This document shows, piece by piece, positions 1-9,186 of a stretch of DNA of 64,000 nucleotides (its first letter is position 1; each line of letters opens with the position of its first letter). The position numbers and the translations under genes were made by a program. The stretch is from Paracoccaceae bacterium (GTDB taxonomy: Bacteria > Pseudomonadota > Alphaproteobacteria > Rhodobacterales > Rhodobacteraceae), in assembly GCA_046296515.1 (NCBI GenBank), contig JBKBKR010000001.1, positions 630,874 through 694,873 on the forward strand, in the 5' to 3' direction. The notes under the pieces were generated by a model that saw only the letters and a program-made list of their open reading frames with translations, was not told the DNA's origin and did not search any database.

Positions 1-1149
1 GGCATCGCAATGCGGCAGCATCGCGCGGATACCCTGCGCCTTCGGCGCAAAGCCGTCCCAGCGCAGAAGCGGGTTCAGCCAGATCAACCGGCGACACGAC
101 AGATGCAGCCGCTCCATCTGGCGTGACAACTGGCCCGAATCGTCGCGGTCGAGCCCGTCGGTGATCAGCAGGACCACCGCCCCCTGCCCAAGCACCCGCC
201 GCGACCAGTCGCGGTTGAAACCGGCAAGGCAAGCACCGATCCGGGTGCCGCCCGACCAGTCTTGCGCCTCGGCCCCCGCAGCGCGCAAGGCGGCATCGAC
301 ATCGCGGGTCTTCAGATGCCGGGTGATATTGGTCAGCCGCGTGCCGAAGGTGAAGGCATGCACCTGCGCCCAACCCTGCCCCTGCCGGTTTGCGACCGCA
401 TGCACAAAGTGCAGCGCCATCCGCGAATACTGGCTCATGCTGCCAGAGATATCGCACAGCACCACAAGGTTGGGCCAGCGCAGGCGCGGGGCCTTCATGG
501 CCAGCCGGGTTATCTCTCCCCCCTGCCGCAGACTGGCGCTCAAGGTGCGGCGCATATCCACCTGCGCCCCCGCCATCGCCGCGCGATAGCGCCGGGTGAT
601 CAGGGGTTTCACCGGCAGCGACAGCCGCGCCAGCATGCGCTTTGCCTGCGCCACCTCCTCCACCGACATCTGCTCGAAATCCAGCGTCTTCAGCCGTTCC
701 TCATGGCTCATGGTGGCCGAGGCGTCGATTTCGATCTCCGCGTCCTCATCCGCCTCTTCCCGCCCGGGCAGATCGCGCTCCACCCCGTCCAGCAGCGCCT
801 GAGCCGCCCGCTTTTCCGCCGCAAGCGCCGCCCGGTCCTCCTGCACCCCCCGGACCGAGGGCAGCAACAAGCTCATCATATGGTCCAGATACTTCGGATC
901 GCGCCAGAACAGCCGGAACACCTGCTCATAGACCACCCGCTCCTCCGGGCGGCTGACGAAACAGGCATGCAGCGTCCAGTAGAAATCCACCCGCTCCGAA
1001 AACCCCGCCACCTCCACCGCCCGGATCGCATCCAGCACCCGCCCCGTCCCGATCGGCAGCCCGGCCTTGCGCAGGGCGCGGGCAAAATGGGTGATGTTCT
1101 GCCCCAGTTTGCCATCATCCGGAATCGCCAGCGGGGCGTAGGTCGCCAT
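1..1149 (-). CDS. VWA domain-containing CoxE-like protein (3' end lies beyond window start)
   Basis: Minus-strand frame is open from ATG at 1149 (ATGGCGACC) to base 1. It is absent from the ORF track because no stop lies in the window. My translation contains VLCDISGSMS (a MIDAS DxSxS motif) and GAVVLLITDGLDRDD. It starts 11 bp downstream of the MoxR ATPase gene, the classic MoxR-VWA pairing. Confidence 0.8.
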   Translation of the reverse strand, partial: MATYAPLAIPDDGKLGQNITHFARALRKAGLPIGTGRVLDAIRAVEVAGFSERVDFYWTLHACFVSRPEERVVYEQVFRLFWRDPKYLDHMMSLLLPSVRGVQEDRAALAAEKRAAQALLDGVERDLPGREEADEDAEIEIDASATMSHEERLKTLDFEQMSVEEVAQAKRMLARLSLPVKPLITRRYRAAMAGAQVDMRRTLSASLRQGGEITRLAMKAPRLRWPNLVVLCDISGSMSQYSRMALHFVHAVANRQGQGWAQVHAFTFGTRLTNITRHLKTRDVDAALRAAGAEAQDWSGGTRIGACLAGFNRDWSRRVLGQGAVVLLITDGLDRDDSGQLSRQMERLHLSCRRLIWLNPLLRWDGFAPKAQGIRAMLPHCDA

Positions 1150-1159
1150 CTTCAGCCCC

Positions 1160-2062
1160 TCATGCCGGGGCCAACTCCTGGCGCACCTGCTCGAGCAGGC
1201 GCCTGGCCTCCGCCCCCTCGATCTTCTGGATATCATCCTGATACTTCAGGATCGCGCCCAGCGTATCGGCGATCACCTCGGGCGACAGCGCGATCACATC
1301 CAGCGCCAGCAGGCATTTGGCCCAGTCGATGGTTTCGGCCACCCCCGGTTTCTTGAACAGGTCCTCGCGGCGCAACCGCTGCACAAAGCCGACAATCTCC
1401 CGGCTCAACTGCGACTGCGCCTCCGGCGCGCGGGCGTGCAAAATCTCCATCTCGCGGGTGAAGTTCGGGTAATCCACCCAATGATACAGACAGCGGCGTT
1501 TCAGCGCATCATGCACCTCGCGCGTGCGGTTCGAGGTCAGGATCACGATCGGCGGCTCCGGCGCGCGGATGGTGCCAAGCTCTGGGATCGTCACCTGCGC
1601 TTCGGACAAGGCCTCCAGCAGGAAGGCCTCGAACGGCGCATCGGTGCGGTCGATCTCGTCGATCAGCAAAACCGGCGCCCCCCCCGGTTGCGGGCGCATC
1701 GCGGCCAGCAGTGGGCGTTCGATCAGGAAGTCTTCCGTGAACAGATCCCCCTTGGCCGTGCCGCCGCCACTGGCCTCCGCCGCCCGGATTGCCACCATCT
1801 GCGCAGCAAAGTTCCACTCCGCCACCGCCGAAGCCGCATCCAGCCCCTCATAGCATTGCAACCTGATCAACCGCCGCCCCAGCGCACTGGCAAGCGTCTT
1901 GGCAATCTGGGTCTTGCCCACCCCGGCCTCGCCTTCCAGAAACAAGGGCCGGCCCAGTTTCAGCGACAGGAACACCACCGTCGCCAGCGCGCGGCTGGCC
2001 ACATAGCCCTGCCCCGAAAGCATCTCCTCTGTCGCCTCGATCGTCGCCGGAACAGCACTCAC
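1160..2062 (-). CDS. MoxR/CoxD-like AAA+ ATPase
   Basis: Walker A is GEAGVGKT and Walker B is VLLIDEIDR, with MoxR-like overall sequence. The ORF track extends to 2116 from a TTG start. I prefer GTG at 2062, which is preceded by AGGGGAGGA; ATG at 2089 is an alternative. Confidence 0.85.
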   Translation of the reverse strand: MSAVPATIEATEEMLSGQGYVASRALATVVFLSLKLGRPLFLEGEAGVGKTQIAKTLASALGRRLIRLQCYEGLDAASAVAEWNFAAQMVAIRAAEASGGGTAKGDLFTEDFLIERPLLAAMRPQPGGAPVLLIDEIDRTDAPFEAFLLEALSEAQVTIPELGTIRAPEPPIVILTSNRTREVHDALKRRCLYHWVDYPNFTREMEILHARAPEAQSQLSREIVGFVQRLRREDLFKKPGVAETIDWAKCLLALDVIALSPEVIADTLGAILKYQDDIQKIEGAEARRLLEQVRQELAPA

Positions 2063-2154
2063 ACGGCATCCTCCCCTGAACCCGGCCATGCTGGTCACAA
2101 GCTCCGGCAGGGTCAAGCCGACAAGCGCCCGGCTACGACCAAGGCACTGGTCCT

Positions 2155-2193
2155 TTGCATTGCTGCTTTCGAAATACTCCCGCCGGAGGCTCC
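2155..2193. repeat. half copy of dispersed intergenic repeat (TTGCTGCTTTCGAAATACTCCCGCCGGAGGCTCC)
   Basis: Near-identical to 59621-59655. It shares the AAATACTCCCGCCGGAGGC core with 63505-63524. Confidence 0.7.
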
Positions 2194-2216
2194 GCCGCGT
2201 CCCACAAGCGCAAACC

Positions 2217-4436
2217 TTACAAGGCCAGCATCCCCTGCCGGATATACCGGTTATCCCCCCGCGTCAGCACCCAGCGCCCCAGCTTGCGCGCCAACCCCGG
2301 TCGCCCCCTGTCCAGCGCGCGCTTGAACAATTCGCGCTGATAGCGGGGAAAAGTCTTGCGGGCGCGCAAGGTACGGTAGAACTCCGCCTCGGTCAGCGTG
2401 CCGTTCAGCGCGGCCAGCGTGATCGGGGCAAGGATGCCCATCTGGTGCAGGCTGGACCCCAGCCGGTGCCCCATCAACGGCGTGCGCAGCTTCACCACAT
2501 TTGGCCCGGTGAAACGGTCGGCATGGCCGGTGTCCAGCGGCTCGTAAGGATCATACAGCAGGAACACCCGCCCTGCCGCCCGGCTGCTTTCGGCCGCATC
2601 ACCGTAAGGCCCGGAGTAGTCCCGCCCCCAGGCGGTGTGATAGCGGGTCTCCCAGGGGACCAGCGACTTGTCGAGTGTGGATTGCGGCGAGATCGCCACC
2701 ACATCCGCGGCCGGACAGGCGGCGACAAAGGCACAGGCGGCATAGCCCCCCATCGAGGCGCCATAAAACACCACCCGCTTGAATTGCCCGAAGAACCCGG
2801 AGTCGCGCAGCTCATCAAACTGCTGCCAGACCCATGGGTCGCGATACCAGGTCCAGCCATTCGCCATCACCCCCAACATCGACCAGCCCTGCTTTTCGAT
2901 GAAGGAAAACCCCCAGGGCCGCCGGTCCTCGCGTTTGCCCATGGCGATATCCAGATGGTCGAAGGTCACCACCAGCGTATCCGAACGCTGGATGAACAGG
3001 AACGAGTGGTCCGGGCTTTCGCGGTAAAACCCCTCCTGCCCGGCCAGCGTTGTGGCGATCTCGGCCCAGCTGCCCTCATCGGGCGCAGTCTCCGGCGGTT
3101 TGGCGACGACCTGCGGCCCGGCGCGGAACAGGGCGCGGGTGATGGTCACGCCATCCGCCTCGCGCGTGGAGAGGGTCTCACAACTGCCATAGGGCCGGAG
3201 CAATGGATATGCGCCCGAACCTTTGCGGATATCGGTTAGCATGCGCGATCCGGCATGAAGTGATGCTTTAAGAACGCCGCCCATATACTTGACTTTATTC
3301 AGATCTCCAAAGCCAGACAGATTGACGATCACATCCATTGGCCGCAAATCCTCCGGGCGCGAGATGCGGACGATCTTTGTCTGCGGCACGCCATGCGCGG
3401 TCAGGAAGTCGATATAGGGCGCGACCCAGGGCGATGGCATCTCTGGCCAGTTGCCCTTGTGGTCAAGGTCGATCAGGTTGATGTCACAATCCCACCTGCT
3501 CCAAGCGGCCAGGGCCAGCGACTGCGCATTGCCGCCCAGATCGGCGAAGCTCTGCATGTCTTCGCTGTCCAGCCGGTCGACCAGACCGGCATCGAACACA
3601 TGCTTGCCCCGGCCCCTGATCGGCGCGGCATCGGCCCGTATATCGTGCATCTTCAACAGCTTGTCCAGATAACTTCCCACGGGCGGAACGCCGTGGTGGC
3701 GCAACCCCAGCTCGCGTTTGTTCGACGCCCAAAGGTGCAGCGCGGTGGTGCGCGGGGTGATCATGCCTTCCGCCACCGCCGCCGGGCGCAGGAATTTCAG
3801 CCGGTCTGGGAAAGTGACCGGATAGAAGGCCTCCAGCGGCTGCGCCTTGTCCGCCAGCCCGAGCGCATGGGTGAAATGGGTGATCATCATCGGCCCCCAG
3901 ACTCCCCACGGCTGCTGGCTGACATGCACCGGCGCCCCTGCCGCCGCCGCCGTGCGATACTGATCCTGCAGCTTGGCTTTCACAAAGGGCGGGATGGCGC
4001 AGACATCTGCGGTATAGTCCAGCATCGCGCGCAACAGCGGCCCATCCGCAGGCAGGCCCAACACGGCATTGTTGACGCGCGACCCGCCCGGCAGCTCGAA
4101 GCCCATCACATGGTCATCGTCATAGTCCATCGGGCGCAGGCAACAGACATCGGTATCCACCCAGATCATGCCGGGATTGCGCGCGATCATGTGCAGGCGG
4201 AACAGGTCGGCAAACAGCGCGAAGCTGTCTTTCTTTTCATATTTCAGGAAATTTTCGGTCTCCAGCACCTCACGCCCGTCGCGGCGGATCACCCCTTCGG
4301 GCACGTTGGGGATCGGCTCATATGAGAACAGGGTGATCTGCTGCCCTCGGTCGACAAAGGACTTGAGGCACAGCTGCTCCATCCAGGACAGGCTGCCGCC
4401 GATCCACAACGTGCCGACTTCCCTGACCCTGCCCAT
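2217..4436 (-). CDS. large multidomain glycosyltransferase-like protein (N-terminal DXD sugar transferase, central unknown domain, C-terminal alpha/beta-hydrolase-like module)
   Basis: 739 aa ORF. The N-terminus (WIGGSL...FADLFRLHMI...IWVDTDV) resembles the Gly_transf_sug/GT32 DXD family. The C-terminal ~250 aa (WTWYRD...VVFYGASMGGYAA...) is paralogous to the ORF at 7183-8148. Confidence 0.7.
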   Translation of the reverse strand: MGRVREVGTLWIGGSLSWMEQLCLKSFVDRGQQITLFSYEPIPNVPEGVIRRDGREVLETENFLKYEKKDSFALFADLFRLHMIARNPGMIWVDTDVCCLRPMDYDDDHVMGFELPGGSRVNNAVLGLPADGPLLRAMLDYTADVCAIPPFVKAKLQDQYRTAAAAGAPVHVSQQPWGVWGPMMITHFTHALGLADKAQPLEAFYPVTFPDRLKFLRPAAVAEGMITPRTTALHLWASNKRELGLRHHGVPPVGSYLDKLLKMHDIRADAAPIRGRGKHVFDAGLVDRLDSEDMQSFADLGGNAQSLALAAWSRWDCDINLIDLDHKGNWPEMPSPWVAPYIDFLTAHGVPQTKIVRISRPEDLRPMDVIVNLSGFGDLNKVKYMGGVLKASLHAGSRMLTDIRKGSGAYPLLRPYGSCETLSTREADGVTITRALFRAGPQVVAKPPETAPDEGSWAEIATTLAGQEGFYRESPDHSFLFIQRSDTLVVTFDHLDIAMGKREDRRPWGFSFIEKQGWSMLGVMANGWTWYRDPWVWQQFDELRDSGFFGQFKRVVFYGASMGGYAACAFVAACPAADVVAISPQSTLDKSLVPWETRYHTAWGRDYSGPYGDAAESSRAAGRVFLLYDPYEPLDTGHADRFTGPNVVKLRTPLMGHRLGSSLHQMGILAPITLAALNGTLTEAEFYRTLRARKTFPRYQRELFKRALDRGRPGLARKLGRWVLTRGDNRYIRQGMLAL

Positions 4437-4621
4437 GCCTGCAAACCACCCTCACCCGACCCATCATTGTTGGCCCTAAAGAAACAGTCTGACGAAATTA
4501 CGGCGCTTTGCCAAGGGAATGGCCTGAATCGCTTGGCCTTGGCTTTGCCGTGATCCTGCCGTCATGCTATGGCATCCGCCAAGGGCGGCAGCAGACCGCA
4601 GCGGGACAAGGTGATCAGGGC

Positions 4622-6892
4622 ATGGCAGGCCGCCCAAAGCAATCAGGTTCAAACGTCGTTTTTCGCAGCCTGTCGGCGCGCGAGCTGGAACATGACGGTC
4701 TGACGCGGCTGCTCGACTGTGTACAACTTCCCGATGGCCGGGTGTTCACCAGCTTTGGCACAGGCACCGGCCCTGCGGCGTTTTTGCCCGATGGGGCACA
4801 GGGTTGCGCCACGCCGCTGGACCTGCGCGGGATTTCCGGCGGAACGCTGGTCGTGACCGGGGCGGCTGGGCCGCTGGCTCTGTCAAGCGGCGCCACACTT
4901 GCGCTGACGCCGGTGCCCGCCGAGCCGGAGATCTTCGCCGGGCTGAACACGATCTTTGGGTTCCGAATCGACGAAACCCCTGCGCAGGTGGCCGAAGGGC
5001 TGATCTATCACGGTCTGCACCACGGGTTGCTTGCGGCGCTGATCGTGTGCCGGACAGACGGTGGGGCGGGTTTTGCAGATGCTTTGCGCGAAGCGCTTGG
5101 CGATATTGCGCTGACCGTCGTTGTGCTGGGCAGCCCGCTGCCCCTGGGCAAGCCGAACGAAGGCCCGGCCAACCACCCCTGGTTCGCCCCTGACGCCCCC
5201 GGCAAGGACCGGATGGAGCCACCCGCCCCCGACCCCTGGCGGTCGGGCCTGTCGGAACAGATTCTGTTCGAGGCTCTGAAATGGCGGTTCCTGTCGCAGG
5301 CGCGTGCGGTGCTGACGCTGGATGTGGCCGATCTTCTGGCCCCCGACGCGCCCAACGCCTTTGATCTTTGCCTCTCGGCCCGGAATGGAGTGATTTTGCT
5401 GGCTGGGCGCAGGATTTACCCCTGGCGGGTGCGTCCGAAGGACCAGCCGCGCTTTGGCGACCATATCTGCCGCCAGTTCGACGCCCGCCGCGGCATTGCG
5501 CGCTGGGGCGTGGCCCCGACTGTTGCGGGGCTGGAAAACACCTGGCGTATGGTGCGGGTGGCCTATGCCAAGCCCGACCCGGCCATGGCGGTGCCGTTCC
5601 TGCGCGCAATGGCGATCCGGGTGCCGGGGCGGCAGACGGGCGAACTTGCCCCCAAAACCTCGCTGATCGAAGACCCGGCGCTGATCGCGATGTCGGAAGA
5701 GATCTTTGCGCACAAGCCGGTACGCGCGCCCACCTCCCGCCCGCGCCCGGCACCGCAGGCGGCCTCGCTCGGCGGGCGCACGGCGATTGTCACCACGATG
5801 AAGAATGAAGGGCCGTTCATCCTGGAATGGATCGCCTATCACCGCGCGATCGGGGTTGATGATTTCCTGATCTACACCAATGACTGCACCGATGGCACCG
5901 ACAGCATGCTGGAGCTGCTGCAGGCCAAAGGCCTGTGCCAGCACCGCGTCAATCCCTGGGTGCCGGGAGGCGATCTGAAGCCACAGCACGCGGCCTTGCA
6001 GGCGGCGGAATCCGAGCCGGTGATGCAGGACTGCGGCTGGGGCATCTGCATGGATGTGGATGAGTTCATCAATATCCGGATCGGCGACGGCACGCTGAGC
6101 GCGCTTTATGCAGCGATGGGCGAGGCCAATATGATCAGTATGACCTGGCGGTTGTTCGGCAATGCGGATCTGGCGGAGTATGAGGACCGTTTTCTGCTGG
6201 AGCAGTTCACCGATTGCGCCCCCGAGGTGATCCGCAAACCGCATCAGGCCTGGGGTTTCAAGACCCTGTTCCGCAACATCGACATTTACAAGAAACTGGG
6301 GGTCCACCGGCCAAAGGGGCTTAAACCCGACCTGTGGGATCAGGTGAGATGGCTGAACGGATCGGGCCGGCCGATGCCGAAAGAGCTGTTCCGCAACGGC
6401 TGGCGCTCGACACTGGAGACCTATGGCTATGACTGGGTGCAGCTGAACCATTATGCGGTGCGCTCGGCCGAGAGCTTTCTGGTCAAGCGCGACCGGGGCC
6501 GGGTCAACCATGTCGATCGCGATCAGGGGCTGAACTACTGGTTCCGCATGAACCACAATGCCGAACGGGACAGCTCGATCCAGCGGATGATTCCAGCGCT
6601 TCGGGCCGAGGTTGACCGGCTGCTGGCCGATCCGGAAATCCGGGCGGCGCATGACCATTCGGTGGCCTGCCACCGGGCGAGGATCACGGAATTGATGCAG
6701 ACAGAGACCTATCGCGCCTTTTATGCCGAGCTGACCGAGCCGCGGATGCAGAAACTGTGCCGGTTGCAGCATCATTTCGGGTCAGCGGTGTTTTCGGCAG
6801 GGCCCGGTGTGATTCCGCCCGACCTGCATGAACGCGACCTGCCAGCGGATTTCTTCTTCACCGTTGATCACGGCGGCGAAGCGCAGCATTGA
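4622..6892 (+). CDS. glycosyltransferase family 2/92-like protein with long Pro/Ala-rich N-terminal region
   Basis: The C-terminal half has TAIVTTMKNEGPFILEWIAYHRAIGVDDFLIYTNDCTDGT, typical of Glyco_tranf_2_4-type transferases. The ORF-track start at 4508 is TTG; the first ATG is at 4622. It is divergent from 2217-4436 across a 71 bp gap. Confidence 0.65.
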   Translation: MAGRPKQSGSNVVFRSLSARELEHDGLTRLLDCVQLPDGRVFTSFGTGTGPAAFLPDGAQGCATPLDLRGISGGTLVVTGAAGPLALSSGATLALTPVPAEPEIFAGLNTIFGFRIDETPAQVAEGLIYHGLHHGLLAALIVCRTDGGAGFADALREALGDIALTVVVLGSPLPLGKPNEGPANHPWFAPDAPGKDRMEPPAPDPWRSGLSEQILFEALKWRFLSQARAVLTLDVADLLAPDAPNAFDLCLSARNGVILLAGRRIYPWRVRPKDQPRFGDHICRQFDARRGIARWGVAPTVAGLENTWRMVRVAYAKPDPAMAVPFLRAMAIRVPGRQTGELAPKTSLIEDPALIAMSEEIFAHKPVRAPTSRPRPAPQAASLGGRTAIVTTMKNEGPFILEWIAYHRAIGVDDFLIYTNDCTDGTDSMLELLQAKGLCQHRVNPWVPGGDLKPQHAALQAAESEPVMQDCGWGICMDVDEFINIRIGDGTLSALYAAMGEANMISMTWRLFGNADLAEYEDRFLLEQFTDCAPEVIRKPHQAWGFKTLFRNIDIYKKLGVHRPKGLKPDLWDQVRWLNGSGRPMPKELFRNGWRSTLETYGYDWVQLNHYAVRSAESFLVKRDRGRVNHVDRDQGLNYWFRMNHNAERDSSIQRMIPALRAEVDRLLADPEIRAAHDHSVACHRARITELMQTETYRAFYAELTEPRMQKLCRLQHHFGSAVFSAGPGVIPPDLHERDLPADFFFTVDHGGEAQH

Positions 6893-6898
6893 CCCTGC

Positions 6899-6992
6899 GA
6901 ATTTTCTGCGAAAATTCAACGATGCCGGTTTTCTTCGAAAACCGGAAACCTTCGCAGAAGGTTTGAACTGTCTGATCTTTCGCAGAAAGATC
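6899..6992. repeat. array of four tandem AT-rich perfect palindromes (core TTTC-NNN-GAAA)
   Basis: The four palindromes are 6899-6917 GAATTTTC-TGC-GAAAATTC, 6925-6945 CCGGTTTTC-TTC-GAAAACCGG, 6946-6964 AAACCTTC-GCA-GAAGGTTT and 6974-6992 GATCTTTC-GCA-GAAAGATC. Coordinates were verified against flanking ORF frames. Confidence 0.9.
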
Positions 6993-7182
6993 GTACTGAT
7001 CTGAGGCACGGCCGTATATCGTTTCGGCGTCTCCATCCCGATGCCTCAAGCCGGGGTCTGGCGGGAAACAGTCTGTCGCGGCATCGCCCCTTGCCTCAAA
7101 TCCGCCAAAGTCAGACAATAGAAATCCGGGTAGACAGCTGCAGGCAGGGCGGAATATGGCCATGCCACAAACGGAGATCACC

Positions 7183-8148
7183 ATGTCGGATACGCTCTCG
7201 CCGCCCCAGACAGCGGATGTCGCCACTCCGGCGACAGCGGCTGCGGGCGACACGCGGGAAAGCTGGCTGGCTCTGCTGGATCAGATCGGTGATGACTCGG
7301 GATATTTCGAGCGGCTGGGCCCGCGGCACTGGGCGCTGTTCATCGACGAAGCGCCGACCCTGCTGGTCAGCTTCGAGCAAGCGGACGACATCCGCGCCCG
7401 TCCGGGGCAGATGCCGCTGGGCCATGATATCGCCAAGGAAAACGGCTGGTCGCATCTGTGCCTGATCGCAGATGGCGATACCTGGTACCGCGATTCGCGG
7501 GTTTATGGCTATTTCGACCGACTGGTCGACGATGCGTTTTTCGAGGATTTCGATTCGGTGCTTTTCCTGGGCTCCGGTGTGCAGGGCTATGCGGCAACCG
7601 CCTATTCGGTCGCCGCCCCCGGGGCCACGGTGCTTGCGATGAGCCCGCGCGCAACCCTTTCACCCGACACGGCCGGATGGGACCGGCGCGCAGTAAAGGC
7701 ACGCAAGCTGGATTTCACCAGCCGCTACGGCTATGCGCCCGACATGATCGACGGCGCAGGCCGGGTGTTCATCCTGCATGATCCGGAAATTGCCGAGGAC
7801 GCGATGCACGCAGCCCTGTTCCGGGGCCGCCACGTCACCCAACTGCGCTGCCCCCGGCTGGGCGAGCGGCTGGACACGTCGCTCTCACACATGCAGATCC
7901 TGCCCCAGCTGGTGCAGGCCGCAATGGCGGGCACCCTGACCCGGCGGAGCTTTGCAAAGCTCTGGCGCGGACGGCGCAATTTCGGCCCCTACCTCCGGGT
8001 TCTGCTGACGCAGGCGCAGGGCAGCGGCCGGCTGAAGCTGGAAAAGATGATCTGCCAGAACGTCACAGCGCGGCTGAACGCGCCACGGTTCCGCAAACGT
8101 CTGGCCGATATCCTGGCTGCCGAAGTTGAGGATTCGCTGAAAGACTGA
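7183..8148 (+). CDS. hypothetical protein, stand-alone paralog of the C-terminal module of the 739 aa protein
   Basis: By eye it aligns with residues ~480-739 of the 2217-4436 product (GDTWYRD / GWTWYRD; LFLGSGVQGYAATAY / VFYGASMGGYAACAF; shared C-terminal helices). The ATG at 7183 has GGAG 7 bp upstream. The ORF track starts at 7156. Confidence 0.65.
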   Translation: MSDTLSPPQTADVATPATAAAGDTRESWLALLDQIGDDSGYFERLGPRHWALFIDEAPTLLVSFEQADDIRARPGQMPLGHDIAKENGWSHLCLIADGDTWYRDSRVYGYFDRLVDDAFFEDFDSVLFLGSGVQGYAATAYSVAAPGATVLAMSPRATLSPDTAGWDRRAVKARKLDFTSRYGYAPDMIDGAGRVFILHDPEIAEDAMHAALFRGRHVTQLRCPRLGERLDTSLSHMQILPQLVQAAMAGTLTRRSFAKLWRGRRNFGPYLRVLLTQAQGSGRLKLEKMICQNVTARLNAPRFRKRLADILAAEVEDSLKD

Positions 8149-8170
8149 CAGCCGAACGCGCAGTCGGGCC

Positions 8171-8578
8171 TCAGCCCTGCATCCCCAGGGCCAGCGTCCA
8201 CAGATCCTGCGCACGCTGTTGCGTCAGACGCGCCTTGCACCCCACTACAAGCATCTGTTCGGCCGACCCGCCGCGCATCTGAAAGCCTTCGGCGATGCAG
8301 GCAAGATCGCGAAAGCTGATCCATGCCCGCTGCGCATCGCGCAAGGCAATTTCCGCCCCCGCCTGATGGGCCGGAAGCCCGCTGTCCATCCGGCGCATCG
8401 CGTCCCGCGCCTGCCCATAAGCCGCGTTCAGGGCGGCATCGGCCGCGTTGAAATCGGCAGCCGCACAGGCGTTGATGTCCATCTGGGTCATCGCATTGCT
8501 GCAATTCACCGCTTGCGCCTGCACCGGCACGGCAAAGCCCGCACCAAACACCAATACCGCCAAAGCCAATATCCGCAT
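8171..8578 (-). CDS. DUF1311/LprI-like periplasmic protein
   Basis: Signal peptide MRILALAVLVFGAGFAVPVQA, then a CSNAMTQMDINACAAADFNAAD...AQRAWISFRDLAC pattern typical of the lysozyme-inhibitor LprI family. Confidence 0.7.
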   Translation of the reverse strand: MRILALAVLVFGAGFAVPVQAQAVNCSNAMTQMDINACAAADFNAADAALNAAYGQARDAMRRMDSGLPAHQAGAEIALRDAQRAWISFRDLACIAEGFQMRGGSAEQMLVVGCKARLTQQRAQDLWTLALGMQG

Positions 8579-8645
8579 CTGCCAACTCCTTGAATGTCAA
8601 CCGCACGTCAGAACAGGCAAGGGGCGGATCGCAGCCATCCCCGGC

Positions 8646-9101
8646 TCAGTTCATGAAAACCGTCACCTCTGGAAGGGCCGTCAGCGACAGCCCAAGCGCC
8701 ACATAGGCTGGCAGCGACAGTTGCGCAGCCCCCTGCCCCGGCAAGAGATCAACCGCGACCGACTGGCCCGACGCCGTGACAACCCGCCCCTTGCCCGGCG
8801 CAGCGACCAAAGCCGAGCGCAGCCATATGCCGGGTTCTGCCGGGCTGCCAAGGCTGACCGAAACCTTGCCCAACGCCCGCTCGCCGCTGGCGGCGGGTGC
8901 AGCAAGGGCCGCCTGCTTTTGCGCCTCGGTGGTGGTGTCGAGTGTGGCCGCCGTCGCACCCGCCCCAAGGACAGGGCCCGGGGCAACAGCTTGCGCATCA
9001 ATGGCCGTATCGGGCGCACTGGCGGCGGGTTTCAAACGATCCAGCACCGCGCAACCAGAGGTGGCGGTCAGGGCGAGGCTGAGGAGGATCACAATACGCA
9101 T
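8646..9101 (-). CDS. hypothetical lipoprotein
   Basis: Lipobox LTATSGC after a hydrophobic N-terminus. The mature part is Ala/Pro-rich and has no recognised domain. Confidence 0.6.
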   Translation of the reverse strand: MRIVILLSLALTATSGCAVLDRLKPAASAPDTAIDAQAVAPGPVLGAGATAATLDTTTEAQKQAALAAPAASGERALGKVSVSLGSPAEPGIWLRSALVAAPGKGRVVTASGQSVAVDLLPGQGAAQLSLPAYVALGLSLTALPEVTVFMN

Positions 9102-9186
9102 AACGCGACGATAGTCTGCCCCCGCGCCGCCCGCAATGCCCCGATCGCGACTTGCCAGCGCCTGAGCGGAGTCTTACCCTTGCCCC

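Noticed and set aside
161-1356. Several plus-strand ORFs (161-589, 262-1356, 390-599, 596-802, 642-956) at the window start
   Set aside because: They are antisense to the clearly coding VWA/CoxE-like frame, which the ORF track missed only because its stop lies outside the window. Their translations are low-complexity Arg/Pro-rich.
4883-6775. 630-aa minus-strand ORF antisense to the glycosyltransferase gene. Similar very long antisense ORFs lie at 8998-10317, 12531-14390, 16022-17188, 21742-23421, 29398-30930, 38586-40466, 52415-53716 and 59742-62531.
   Set aside because: These are typical shadow ORFs of a high-GC genome. They are Arg/Pro/Gly/Ala-rich and low in complexity, with no recognisable motifs. 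Each fully overlaps a gene with strong homology-type motifs on the other strand.
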